From positions 65,164,001 through 65,228,000 of the forward strand of contig NC_086097.1 of assembly GCF_963921235.1 (NCBI RefSeq): a stretch of DNA of 64,000 bases. Direction: 5' to 3'. Below the pieces are notes generated by a model that did not search any database, had not been told where the DNA came from, and worked only from the letters and a program-made list of their open reading frames with translations. Below are positions 36,713-48,080 of the stretch, in pieces. This DNA comes from Mobula hypostoma. Lineage: Eukaryota. How positions within the stretch are numbered: position 1 is the first letter of the stretch; every line of letters begins with the position of its first letter. Made by a program: the position numbers and the translations under genes.

Positions 36713-38391
36713 TAAATTGTCCTAAATTTTATAAAATAAGTTCAGATGCAAAAAAATTACTTTTAAAAATATAATTTCCAGCCGCTGATTGGATGGTGAG
36801 ATGTCAATAAATAAAGAAGAAAAACCTTTAAACTATAAGAACTTGGAAAATTTTCCTAGTTAATGTGCCGCTTTATTTGACATCACTGCAGTTTATGCAG
36901 ATGTAATTGCTGTGCATGATTACTTAAAATCAGCGGGAGAACACTGGAGTTACCATAAAAAAGTTGTACAATGAAAAAAAAAGTTTCACAGCAATACTTT
37001 TTAAAAATTAATAAACACTGGTAGTTTCATATGCATGCCAGAGTTAGATTTCAAGTCAGTTTTTCAAATTAGCTTTTCATAATTTGCTATCCCCATTTGT
37101 TAATTAATGTTGCTTCTGGATGATAGTGTGAAACAAGCGACAAAAGATTTGCATTTACATCTTTCCCAATTTTGATTTCTACAGAATTAACCGCAAGTAA
37201 AATCTGGAGCTATGAAAAGCCTTGTCAATTCATTCGATCCATGCAAAATCAGAATTATTCCATACATCGTAAAAGCTATAAAAACTAAATAAAATTAAGT
37301 CAAAATTAAATCTTTCTCCAACATTAAGATGAATTCTAACTGAATATCATGAATTTGTGATCTAAATGAATCATTTTTAAAACTAGTTATCATTTCTAAC
37401 CTGAATTTTTTCTGCATTTCAAATAATTTAATCTTTCATTTTTAGTTATATGAATCTTTTAAATTTATTTCCATACAATATTCCAATTAATAAAATCAAA
37501 TAACTTTAAAAAAGCAAATAATTTCTTCTGTGACAAATGGAATATTTACCTGTTGTCCAAAATGTATCTTCACCATTTTAAAAACTGAAGTTAAAAAATA
37601 AAGTGCACACTAGCATTTGCCATTAATAAGCCAGTAACTTGATACATGACAATTACGACAAACTAAAAGCCTAATGCCTATTATTGATGGAGTTTGCTGG
37701 CTATTGATATGAGACTGTCAATGAATGATTGCTATGCAAACAGAGATGCTGGAAACTTGCACGCAACAATCTGTCACCATGTGTGTGAAAGGAGGCATTA
37801 CCTGAAAAAAACTGTCTGAGCTCCCAAAGCATGCTGCTGTCAGTGCTTTAAATGCACAACAAAAACCTGTTATAGTACCTTGACATGTCATGATAACTCA
37901 ATGGTGGTTCACCCTCCTCGTACCTCATTCTTCTTTACGGATCAGCTGAGACCAAGCAGCATACCTTGCTTTGGAAAGAATGAAGCAGGCTCTTTATAAA
38001 AAGGTTGCAACAACAAAAAGTAAACTGTGGTGTGTTTTGTGTTTTAAAAAAACACCTGAATAACTTTAACCCGAAGGACACAATGAATTTCAACCTGGAA
38101 AGTACTGTAAAGGTGGTGGAGATCTAAACAAATGCTTTCTAGGTTGAAATTTCTAAGCTTTTTCAAAGGCAAACCTTGATATTTTAATTCAATTTCCTAG
38201 ATGTTGATTGTCTTCATTTTTTTAACAGAAGGTGACTAATTAGTTTTTAACTAATCAATCTTAATAAAATATTTATTTAATTACAACAGCAAATATACTT
38301 AGTGCTAAATCAGTATCACAAAAGTATTCAAATGTGTGAGCATGTTTTGTTTGTAATATGCAGCCGCATTGGCTAATCTGGATTTTTCTCA

Positions 38392-38922
38392 TTCTGACAT
38401 GTCTATCCACGGCCTCCTCTACTGTAAAGATGAGGCCACACTCAGGTTGGAGGAACAACACCTTATATTCCGTCTGGGTAGCCTCCAACCTGATGGCATG
38501 AACATTGACTTCTCTAACTTCCGCTAGGCCCCACCTCCCCCTCGTACCCCAGCTGTTACTCATTTTTATGCACACATTCTTTCTCTCACTCTCCTTTTTC
38601 TCCCTCTGTCCCTCTGAATATACCTCTTGCCCATCCTCTGGGTCACCCCCCCCCCGTCTTTCTCCCTAGGCCTCCTGTCCCATGATCCTCTCATATCCCC
38701 TTTTGCCTATCACCTGTCCAGCTCTCGGCTCTATCCCTCCCCCTCCTGTCTTCTCCTATCATTTTGCATCTCCCCCTCCCCCTCCAGCTTTCAAATCCCT
38801 TACTCACTCTTCCTTCAGTTAGTCCTGACGAAGGGTCTCGGCCTGAAACGTCGACTGCGCCTCTTCCTATAGATGCTGCTTGGCCTGCTGCGTTCACCAG
38901 CAACTTTGATGTATGTTGCTTG
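38392..38922 (+). mobile_element. Young Penelope-like element 3' fragment (end of GIY-YIG region plus terminal repeat)
   Basis: HGLLYCKDEATLRLEEQHLIFRLGSLQPDGMNIDFSNFR stop; pyrimidine-rich UTR; 9-bp TSD tttttctca at 38383-38391 and 38923-38931. Confidence 0.92.
38820..38857 (+). ncRNA. Minimal type I hammerhead ribozyme motif, best-preserved copy
   Basis: TAGTC (stem I) CTGACGA (38825-38831) AGGGTCTCGGCCT (stem II) GAA ACGT (palindromic stem III) C^ GACTG (stem I); predicted cut after 38852. Confidence 0.78.
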
Positions 38923-40333
38923 TTTTTCTCAGAACCATTTTGTTTTGCAAGTATTTTGTTTGCATAATAATACTTCATTTAAAAAAAACCTAAGTATATA
39001 TTATTTAATCATCAACTCTGAAAAATCTGTATTAAACAGGAAGCCCTTATGTTTGACTCCTGCATTTTGATGACTTTAAAGGTCTCATTCAAGTCAGTTG
39101 TTGAAGTCCACAGTTGAACCAATATTGACCTAGGGAAAAGGATGGAAAAAAATCAGCCAAGTTATCCAATGTTGATTTTTTACTTACTGTCAAAAGAATT
39201 AGATCAGCTTTAGCTCATTTATCCAGGTTCAACATTTGAGTCCAAGCTTAACAGACTCCCCCTAAAAAGGGACGAACTGTTAGCAGAACCCAAACATTGA
39301 ATTTTCTGAACACCTTTCCTTCTTTGCAGCCCTATTAGTGTAGAAGGTGAGGAAAGAAAGATGTGTGGCCCTTCTCTGACGATGATATAGGGGATGTTGG
39401 TGGTACAGCAGTTGAACTAGCAGACTAGTAACCCAAAGTCTTAGACGAGTTCAAATCCAGCTAGCTGTGTACTTCATTTAATAAAGAAAATTAATGTGGG
39501 CAGTAGTCCAAACCATGAGGTAGTGATAACCATTCAGTTGTAATTTTTATGTCTTGTGCTGTATTTGCCGCTGTGAAACAACAAATTTCACAGCTTATGT
39601 CAGTGATCATAAACCTGACTGTTTTTGAAGCTACTTAAATATTGACAAAATTCATCTGATTTATTGATGACCTAGGAGAAGAAAATTGCTGTGTGGCCAG
39701 CTGCTGACAGCAGACCAAAAGATGCAGGAGCAGAAGCCATTTGCAGCATCAAGTCTGTTCCAACCAACAGACATGTGGTTGATTCTTACCAGTGCTTGGA
39801 AATAGCCCAATAACTCATTAACAAGTATCATAATTAAAGGTTATAGCATCTTTTCGGGGACAAGAGAAAAGCAATGGTCCAAAAGTGACCACAGCCTGGA
39901 AAATTACTAAACAAATATTCTAGACTGAAAGTCAACACATTCAAACAACTGCAGAAGCTGAGAAAACAATGTCTAAAGAATGGTACACAAAATTATTACG
40001 GGGATACGTGCATTCATTATTACAATACTGTTTCCACTAGTATAAGTTAACAAATCTATCTTAACAATAACTACCCACATCATACCAGTTAATAATTTTT
40101 AAACACAATTATAGTTCAATCAGGCATTAATATATAAATACTTAGCTAACAGTGATAAATTCTACAGATCTCCTCAGCCTCTGTAATCTTCATTTTATGC
40201 TCGTTCCAGACATCCTTGATTCCAATGAATTACTGCCTGCTCTCATGACCTGTTTTGGGTTTTGATTGCCTTCTGATCTCTGCCTTGTCCAGCAATGACT
40301 GCTTCTGAGAACCAATCCTGAGACTTGAACTCA

Positions 40334-41312
40334 GGGTATGTCCACACTACGCCAGATAATTTTGAAAACGCCGGTTTCAAGTAAAAACGACAGGCGTTTT
40401 TCAAAATATCTCTGTCCACACTAACATGGATATTTGAGCGAATCTCCTCTACTGGGCATGCGCAGGACACACAGAAAACAAGCGAAGAGGAAACGGTATA
40501 CTTAGTGCGCGTTTGTCCAGTTACAGAGTAGAAAAACTTAAAAGGAATTGCTCTTGGCTCTCGCGCAGGAGGACTTAAAACTAAAACAAAAACAAATACT
40601 GGAGTGTATGGAGGCCTCCGACAGGGAGCTCACGGACAGTATGACCCAGCTGACAATGAACACTGAAAAACTGACCAACTCTGTGGCATTAATAAAGCAC
40701 CTTGTTAAATGTATAAAACATGTCTGCATCAGTGTTATCTTGTATTTCCATACAATGTTACATTAAGCTGTTACACATCTATTGTCAGAGAAGTACTTGC
40801 ATAAATAGGTAAACCACCTTCATACAAGCAAGGACAGAAAACTGGGCAATGTGAGTATACTTATTTATTCAGTGAGCTATGGGTCAAAGTATTTGGTGAG
40901 TACATTTCTAACTCTTCTGGCTTCAGTCTCATTGCTGTCTGTTCTGAAATTGTTAGGTTCTGCGAAGCGCAGAATCAAATATCACTGTGATGATTGTACG
41001 CTCTAGTATCAATTTGGTGACAATAAAGTAGTAACAATAATAATAATAATAAGAAGAAGAAGAAGAAAACAATGAAATGCCGTGCTGCCGCCATCTGTTC
41101 CGGCACATCATGACAGTGGTTTTAAAAAGCTCCAGTCACCCCGTACACTCTGCAACGGATATTAGGCATTTTCAGATTTATTCACTCTGAAGACCGTTTC
41201 TGAAAATCTCCATTTTCAGGGGATGAAAACACCATTTTAGTGTGGACAGAGGGTCAAAACGAAGAGAAAAAGCTTCGTTTTCAAAATTATCCGGCGTAGT
41301 GTGGACGGAGCC
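40334..41312 (+). mobile_element. Non-autonomous PIF/Harbinger element
   Basis: About 37-bp TIRs gggtatgtccacactacgccagataattttgaaaacg / cgttttcaaaattatccggcgtagtgtggacggagcc; 3-bp TSD TCA on both sides; coiled-coil remnant LLALAQEDLKLKQKQILECMEASDREL. Confidence 0.88.
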
Positions 41313-42514
41313 TCAGACTTATCTCATGCCTCATGTGTATTCACCAACTGATAAAGTGCACTCTACAGTTTTGGACTTCCATTTCTTCTCCTTGTGACTC
41401 CATCTCCACAATCCTCCATGCGCTGGTGGTTGGAGCAATCTCACATTTTCTTCAATTGAACCACCTCTTCCAGCTGTGTAAATTGATGTGGATACTTCTT
41501 TTCCTCCAATTATCCTTACGTATTATTTGGCACCAAACTCAGTCAGATCAAGTCATCACATCTTGTCTGGGAAGCATGCCACATTGGGACTTTGGGATGA
41601 TCCCGTACACAATCAGAATGAATATCTGACAATGAAGCATGAATCACCAGAACCCTCATCTAGAAACTGTTGCATCATTATCTCCTGCACAGAGTATTCC
41701 TCCTCTACATACGTCGGGGGGGGGGGGGGACTGAGTGATATGGCATTGAGAAATGTGACAAAATATGCTGCCTTGAACAAGAAGCTTTTGTGGGAAAACA
41801 ATTCTTCCAATCATAAAAGGCTGACAACATACTTTCAGTGGTTCACTTAAAGAGCTACATGATTCAAATGACAATATTTCAAACCAATGAGGGTTGTTCC
41901 CCAGCTAAAAGAAACCATTCCGGCTGAAATAAAAAAAAGGAATCAATGGAGGGGACAACCTAGCCATTTCCACATCTAGACTGCAGCAGAAGTCAACTGC
42001 AGCCTGCTGTCTTGACATGCAAAACAACTTCACCAATATCACGATCAGTCCAAGGGCAAGAGACATACACTCTGGCTGCTGTCTTAAGAATGAAAGTCTC
42101 CTGCCCTTTCAGAACCATTGCTCTATGGTTCACTGTAGCAGCCTTGATACACCTATAACTCACCCAATCCTCTGTTATTTACTCCAATCTTAAATCCACT
42201 CCACCCCAGTGATAAACTCCTATCTGCAAAGGTGTGCTGGCAACTTCATAAGCTCAGATGGGAAAATCATCTCCAACGATCTGTATGTTTCAAAAACAAA
42301 AACTCCCTATTCCACAAAAGCTGTTGAGTCCTCCCAAAGCAGTTATGGCAACTGATCCAGAGTTGCATGCTGCTTGGACATGTATTCAGTGAAATAATAA
42401 AGATATAACAAAATATTGTTTATTGCAATTATTAACCTAACTTTGGTCTAAAGTTCACCACCAGTGATTGGTCATCCATGAGCAGTGTCATTTGCATGCC
42501 ACAACGACTTAGAC

Positions 42515-42905
42515 CACAATATACTGTAGGTGACATAATAAGTTTGCAGATAGTACCAAAACTTTGTGTTGCCGTGGACAGTGAAAACATTTGCCTTAGG
42601 TTACAACAAAGTATTGATCAAAGGAATCGCAGATGGAATTTGACTGAGATAAATGTGAAGTAATGCATTTCAGAACGTTAAACTAGGCCAGAATGTACAC
42701 AGTAAATGGTAGGGCTTGGGGGAGTGTTATTGAACAGACACACCTAGGAGTACAAGAAAGTGGCAACAGGGTGGTGAAGAACAAAGATATATGGCATTCA
42801 TCACCCAAGGCATTAAATACATGTAACAGTTGTATAAAATATTGGTTAGACTGTAAATCAAATACTGTGTGCAGCTCTGGTCATCATAGTATAGAAGGGA
42901 TGTGA
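42515..42905 (+). mobile_element. Decayed CR1 RT fragment
   Basis: ISKFADSTKL..VDSE and YTVNGRAWGSVIEQTHLGVQ. Confidence 0.6.
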
Positions 42906-43374
42906 TTAAGATGATTAATATCAAAGGTAAGTGATCAGGGTCTATCTTGTTAGAGTTAGTCATTGACCTCCAATGTTATTTGCCATTTATTAGCCATGCC
43001 TATTTGTTAAGAATTGACAAATAGAATCAAAGATTCTACAATAATCAGAGAACAGCCTCACTTCTGACATTATGGAGGAAATGACATTTATGAAACAGTG
43101 GAAGAAGTTTGGGCTAAGAATATATCACCCTGAGGAACTCTTTCAGTAAGGTCCTTGGGCTAGGTTGATGCCTTTTGTTCTCAATTTTACTCAGGCACCT
43201 TGATGCTGCCTTAATGTCGGGTACAGTCACTCTCAGCCCTTCTTTGGTGCTTGTCTGGATTTCAGTGATCTGAGCAAAACTCAAACTAGCATGGGACAAT
43301 CTTCCACAGAGTTTTATTGGGATCCTTCTCCATATCTTTCTTAAGACATAGAAGGAGAGGCCATTCCCCATTAA

Positions 43375-43586
43375 TTTTCCTTGTGATTTATTCCTCCCAT
43401 CTTCTTAAAGCTTTTTACAGTGGTAAATTAAGCTATCACCCTTCATGTATTTGAAACTGGGAAGAAACAGGAGCACCTGGATAAAACCCACATAATGACA
43501 GGGAAAATTCTACACATTCAGGAATAAATCGAGATCGCTGGAGCTGTGAGACAGCAGTCCTGCCAGCGGTGCCGCTCTACTGCCTG
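43375..43586 (-). mobile_element. Degenerate V-SINE-like element
   Basis: gggaagaaacaggagcacctggataaaacccac..gctggagctgtgagacagcag. Confidence 0.5.
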
Positions 43587-43749
43587 TAGGAGTGGTATAA
43601 GCATGTGAGGCAATGCACAAATGCACAAACATAGAGTCAATACACAAGGATTGACAATAAAACACATTTCCTTATTTTTAAATTAATCAGTATTAGCTGT
43701 AAAGTTCAATTTATAGCTTGCTCCTCTCCTACCTAATATTATAAGGCTT

Positions 43750-44490
43750 CTGGCAAGATGGCAATGTGACTGGTCATAGTGGCTTCTACGGGTTCAACAA
43801 AAGCTGCTACCGTTGTACTTAAACATAGGTCTAATGATCACAATATCCTGCTATACATTAAGAACTCAAAGTACTGCAGGTCTACACCGTCAGCGAGTTG
43901 CTCGCTGGCGGAGCTAATAAAGGAGCTATGCCACGTGCTGCTGCCTGAGTCAATGGAGGATTACAGTCAAATAGTGAGTGGCTGTCATGGTCACACTTCT
44001 TGTGATCACGGGACTCCTTTGCACATTGTTAATCTGTTATGTCGCAAGTTCAATTCGGTATTTATTGGATGTGAGCAGGAGCAGATGGAGGGGGCCTAGT
44101 CCTCAGTTGTAGTAAGAACTAGGCCTGAAACCATGGCGTCACCTGTTTGCAGATGCCTGGAGTGAGGGGATAAAGCCTTCGCGCTTCACCGGTGGCGGTT
44201 TGATGCAGTAAACAGAATGGAGTCGGAGCTGCCCTCCCAGACAAGCTCTCTAGTGGCCGATTGCAGATTTTTTTTTAGCGGCGCTCAATGGACTCAGGCC
44301 TCAAGCTGTGGGGTGACTTGCTTTTCATCTGCAGGAGGTGAGGTGTTTGATCCATTGCGCTCTAATGGGGGTGGCATAGTGTAGTTGTGGCAAACTGAAG
44401 ATTTAACATGGACTGAGGGATCTGGACTACATACATATATATTTGTCTGGTTGTGTTTTTACTAATATTCTATATGTGATTGTATATACA
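43750..44490 (+). mobile_element. GC-rich non-autonomous retroelement-like repeat
   Basis: Begins ggcaagatggc (YY1-like); shares an internal segment with 36318-36712. Confidence 0.5.
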
Positions 44491-44586
44491 AGGACTGGGT
44501 CTCAAAACCACGGTGTTGCATAGCAGGTGTAGGGACCCAGTCAACAGATGATGTCAGTGGGTTGGGGATTCTGGACAGTATACATA

Positions 44587-45590
44587 CATAGTCATAGTCA
44601 TACTTTATTGATCCCGGGGGAAATTAGCTTTCATTACAGTTGCACCATAAATAATTAAATAGTAATAAAACCATAAGTAGTTAAATAATAATAATATGTA
44701 AATTATGCCAGGAAATAAGTCCAGGACCGGCCTATTGGCTCAGGGTGTCTGACCCTCCAAGGGAGGAGTTGTAAAGTTTGATGGCCACAGGTAGGAATGA
44801 CTTCCTATGACGCTCTGTGTTGCATCTCGGTGGAACGAGTCTCTGGCTGAATGTACTCCTGTGCCCAACCAGTACATTATGTAGTGGATGGGAGACATTG
44901 TCCAAGATGGCATGCAACTTGGACAGCATCCTCTTTTCAGACACCACCGTCAGAGAGTCTAGTTCCATCCCCACAACATCACTGGCCTTATGAATGAGTT
45001 TGTTGATTCTGTTGGTGTCTGCTACCCTCAGCATGCTGTCCCAGCACACAACAGCAAACATGATCGCACTGGCCACCACAGACTCGTAGAACATCCTCAG
45101 CATCGTCAGGCAGATGTTAAAGGACCTCGGTCTCCTCAGGAAATAAAGACGGTTCTGACCCTTCTTGTAGACAGCCTCAGTGTTCTTTGACCAGTCCAGT
45201 TTATTGTCAATTCGTATCCCCAGGTATTTGTAATCCTCCACCATGTCCACACTAACCCCCTGGATGCAAACAGGGGTCACCGGTACCTTAGCTCTCCTCA
45301 GGTCTACCACCAGCTCCTTCGTCTTCTTCACATTAAGCTGCAGATAATTCTGCTCACACCATGTGACAAAGTTTCCTACCGTAGCCCTGTACTCGGCCTC
45401 ATCTCCCTTGCTGATGCATCCAACTACGGCAGAGGCATCCGAAAACTTCTGAAGATGACAAGGCTCTGTGCAATGGTTGAAGTCCGAGGTGTAATTGGTG
45501 AAGAGAAAGGGAGACAAGACAGTCCCCTGTGGAGCCCCAGTGCTGCTGATCACTCTGTCGGACACACAGTGTTGCAAGCACACGTACTGT
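44587..45590 (-). mobile_element. Young Rex1-family LINE, 5'-truncated, open RT frame
   Basis: STGAPQGTVLSPFLF, LQKFSDAS (catalytic DD changed to DA), LNVKKTKELVVD; (atgact)n tail; close copy of 18426-19194. Confidence 0.92.
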
Positions 45591-46282
45591 ATTAAATTTG
45601 AATTGAATTGAGTAATCACTTCACAAAAAAGTATACTGTACTTATAGACATTTACAAGATTTATTCCTTGTTCACTTTATTCCCGTTAATCGTGAAAGCA
45701 GTCTATCTTATTTTCACTTACATGTTTAGAAATGCCAGTGGGATATTTCCTACAGAGTTAATAAAATAACCACGAATCACTTTTATGTTGTCACATGCAA
45801 ATATTCATCTTTACTCTTGCTACGATCAAGTTCAGGCAAGCCATGAGACTGCAAAGCAGCTATGGTATAGTATCACTACTTATCATCTGCAACATATCTA
45901 CTTTATATCACTACCAATTATGAAAACTAAAATGAAGAACATTTTACTGTTAAGAAGGTAACTAAATGCTGCACTCATGCCCCAAAATAAAATATTTTTC
46001 TTTTGCCACGTTTTCTTTGTGAAATTCTGCACCTAGTTATGCACGGACTTATATGACACAAAGTTAATGCATATTTACCCAATTACCTTTCTTTTAATTT
46101 TGACAAGACAAACAGCATGATAAAACATAAAACTGGAAAATTTTCTCAAGTATTTCACTTATCTCACATGTAAACCTTCTTATAAATAGGAAGGAAAGCA
46201 TCAGCTCAACCTTTCACTAATGCAACTTTCAGCTGTATTATTTTACTCTTTTAAAGAGGTACCTCTGATACTTGGATGGCTT

Positions 46283-46572
46283 ATTTTATTATTTTTATTG
46301 AGATACAGTGCAGAATAGGCCCTTCCAGCCCCTTGAGCCACACCACCCAGCAACCTCCAACTTAGCCCTTGCCTAATCACAGGACAATTTATAATGACCA
46401 ATTAACCTACTAACCGGTACATCACTGGTCTGTGGGAGGAAACTGGGGCATGCAGAGAAAACACATGGATTCCACAGGGAGGACATGCAGACTCCTGACA
46501 GATGACAATGGAATGGAACTCCAAACTCCAACACCCCGAGCTGTAATAGACTGCACTAGCCACTATGCTACC
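46283..46572 (-). mobile_element. HE1/V-SINE-like element
   Basis: Uninterrupted copy of the 635-1212 and 15000-15290 family. Confidence 0.68.
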
Positions 46573-46750
46573 TTGCTTTCACTCCAGTTCTCTGTTTTCC
46601 AAGGAGATCAGTAAGGTCAATATGAGATCCACAAACTGTGAAAGATGGCACAAGAAGCTCTTTCCACTATCTTCTCTAGAGTTTCATATGCTCCCAATAT
46701 GAGACTGGATCATATTTTATGCAGTAAATAATTAGAGTCAAAATATGTAC

Positions 46751-46834
46751 CCTTCTTGCTGGAAAATTGTCTTAAAGCAATGGCCAAGGCTCTTGTAACT
46801 GTTGGCATCACCTTTTCCTCGCTGAATCTGGAAC
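46751..46834 (-). CDS. slc25a21: slc25a21 internal coding exon (probably equivalent to human exon 3), mitochondrial 2-oxodicarboxylate carrier
   Basis: Minus strand tttttttgtttcttctag|G TTC CAG ATT CAG ... CAG CAA GAA GG|gtacat; 84 nt, phase 2-2; reads (R)FQIQRGKGDANSYKSLGHCFKTIFQQEG, matching recalled human RFQIQRCATDPNSYKSLVDSFRMIFQMEG. Absent from the ORF track. Confidence 0.93.
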
Positions 46835-47064
46835 CTAGAAGAAACAAAAAAATTCAATAACACCAACAAGAAAAGTTTAAGCTAGGCTTGCATTCATTAT
46901 GATGAAGATAAAATGTACCAATTATGAATACAAAATTGTTTAACTGCAACAAATTGTGTATTCATGTTCAGATTAACAAACAATGACAGAATAAATTAAT
47001 CCTGGAATTGTTGAAAATTCCAATTTTCATGGAAAACAGGATTTTTTTTTTCACAATTGCACAG

Positions 47065-48080
47065 AATTCCCATTATTCATCCAGGCTGGACAAGAAGCTC
47101 AGAGACTTCAGCCTTCACCCTGCCTTGTGTAGCTGGATCCTGGATTTCCTGTCATGTCACCGGCAGGTGGTAAGGGTGGGCTCCCTCACCTCTGCCCCTC
47201 TGATCCTCAACACAGGTGCCTCTCAGGGCTGTGTACTAAGCCCTCTCCTTTACTCTCTGTATACCACCCACAGCTCCAATCTGCTAATTAAAAATTTGCT
47301 GATGATACTACACGGATTGGCCTAATCTCAAATAATAATGAGGTAGTCTACAGAGAAAAGACATCACCCTGACACAGTGGTTTCAAGAAAACAATCTCTT
47401 CCTCAATGTCACAAAAACAAAGGAGCTGATTGTGGGCTATAGGAGGAATGGAGACAGGCTCACCCCTGTTGATATCAATGGATCTGGGTTTGAGAGGTTG
47501 AACAGCTTTAAGTTCCTCGGCATAAACATCACCAGGGATCTTACATGGTCTGTACATACCGGCTGTGTGGTCAAAAAAGCACAACAGCGCCACTCTCACC
47601 TCAGATGGTTGAAGAAGTTTGGTGTGGGCCCCCAAATCCTAAGAACTTTTGACAGGGGCACAATTGATAGGCTGCTTCATGCCTGGTACGGGAAGTGTAC
47701 TTCCCTCAATCACACGACTCTGCAAAGAGTGGTGCGGACAGCCCAACGCATCTGTAGATGCGAACTTCCCACTATTCAGGAAATTTTTCAAAAACAGGTG
47801 TGTAAAAAGGGCCTGAAGGATCATTGGGGACCCGAGTCATCCCAACCACAAATTGTTCCAGCTGCTACCATCTGGGAAACAGTACCCGCAGCATAAAAGC
47901 TAGGACCAACAGGCTCCAGGACAGCTTCTTCCACCAGGCCAACAGACTACTTAACTCATGCTGACACAACTGTATTTCTATGCTATATTGACTATCCTAT
48001 TATAAATTACTATAAATTGCACATTTAGACGGAGATGTAACGTAAAGGTTTTTACTCCTCATGGAATAAAGTCAATTCAA
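47065..48080 (+). mobile_element. Rex/Babar LINE RT and 3' end, decayed
   Basis: LCSWILDFL, NTGASQGCVLSPLLYSLYT, KFADDT, FKFLGINITRDLTW; tail aataaagtcaattcaat. Confidence 0.88.
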
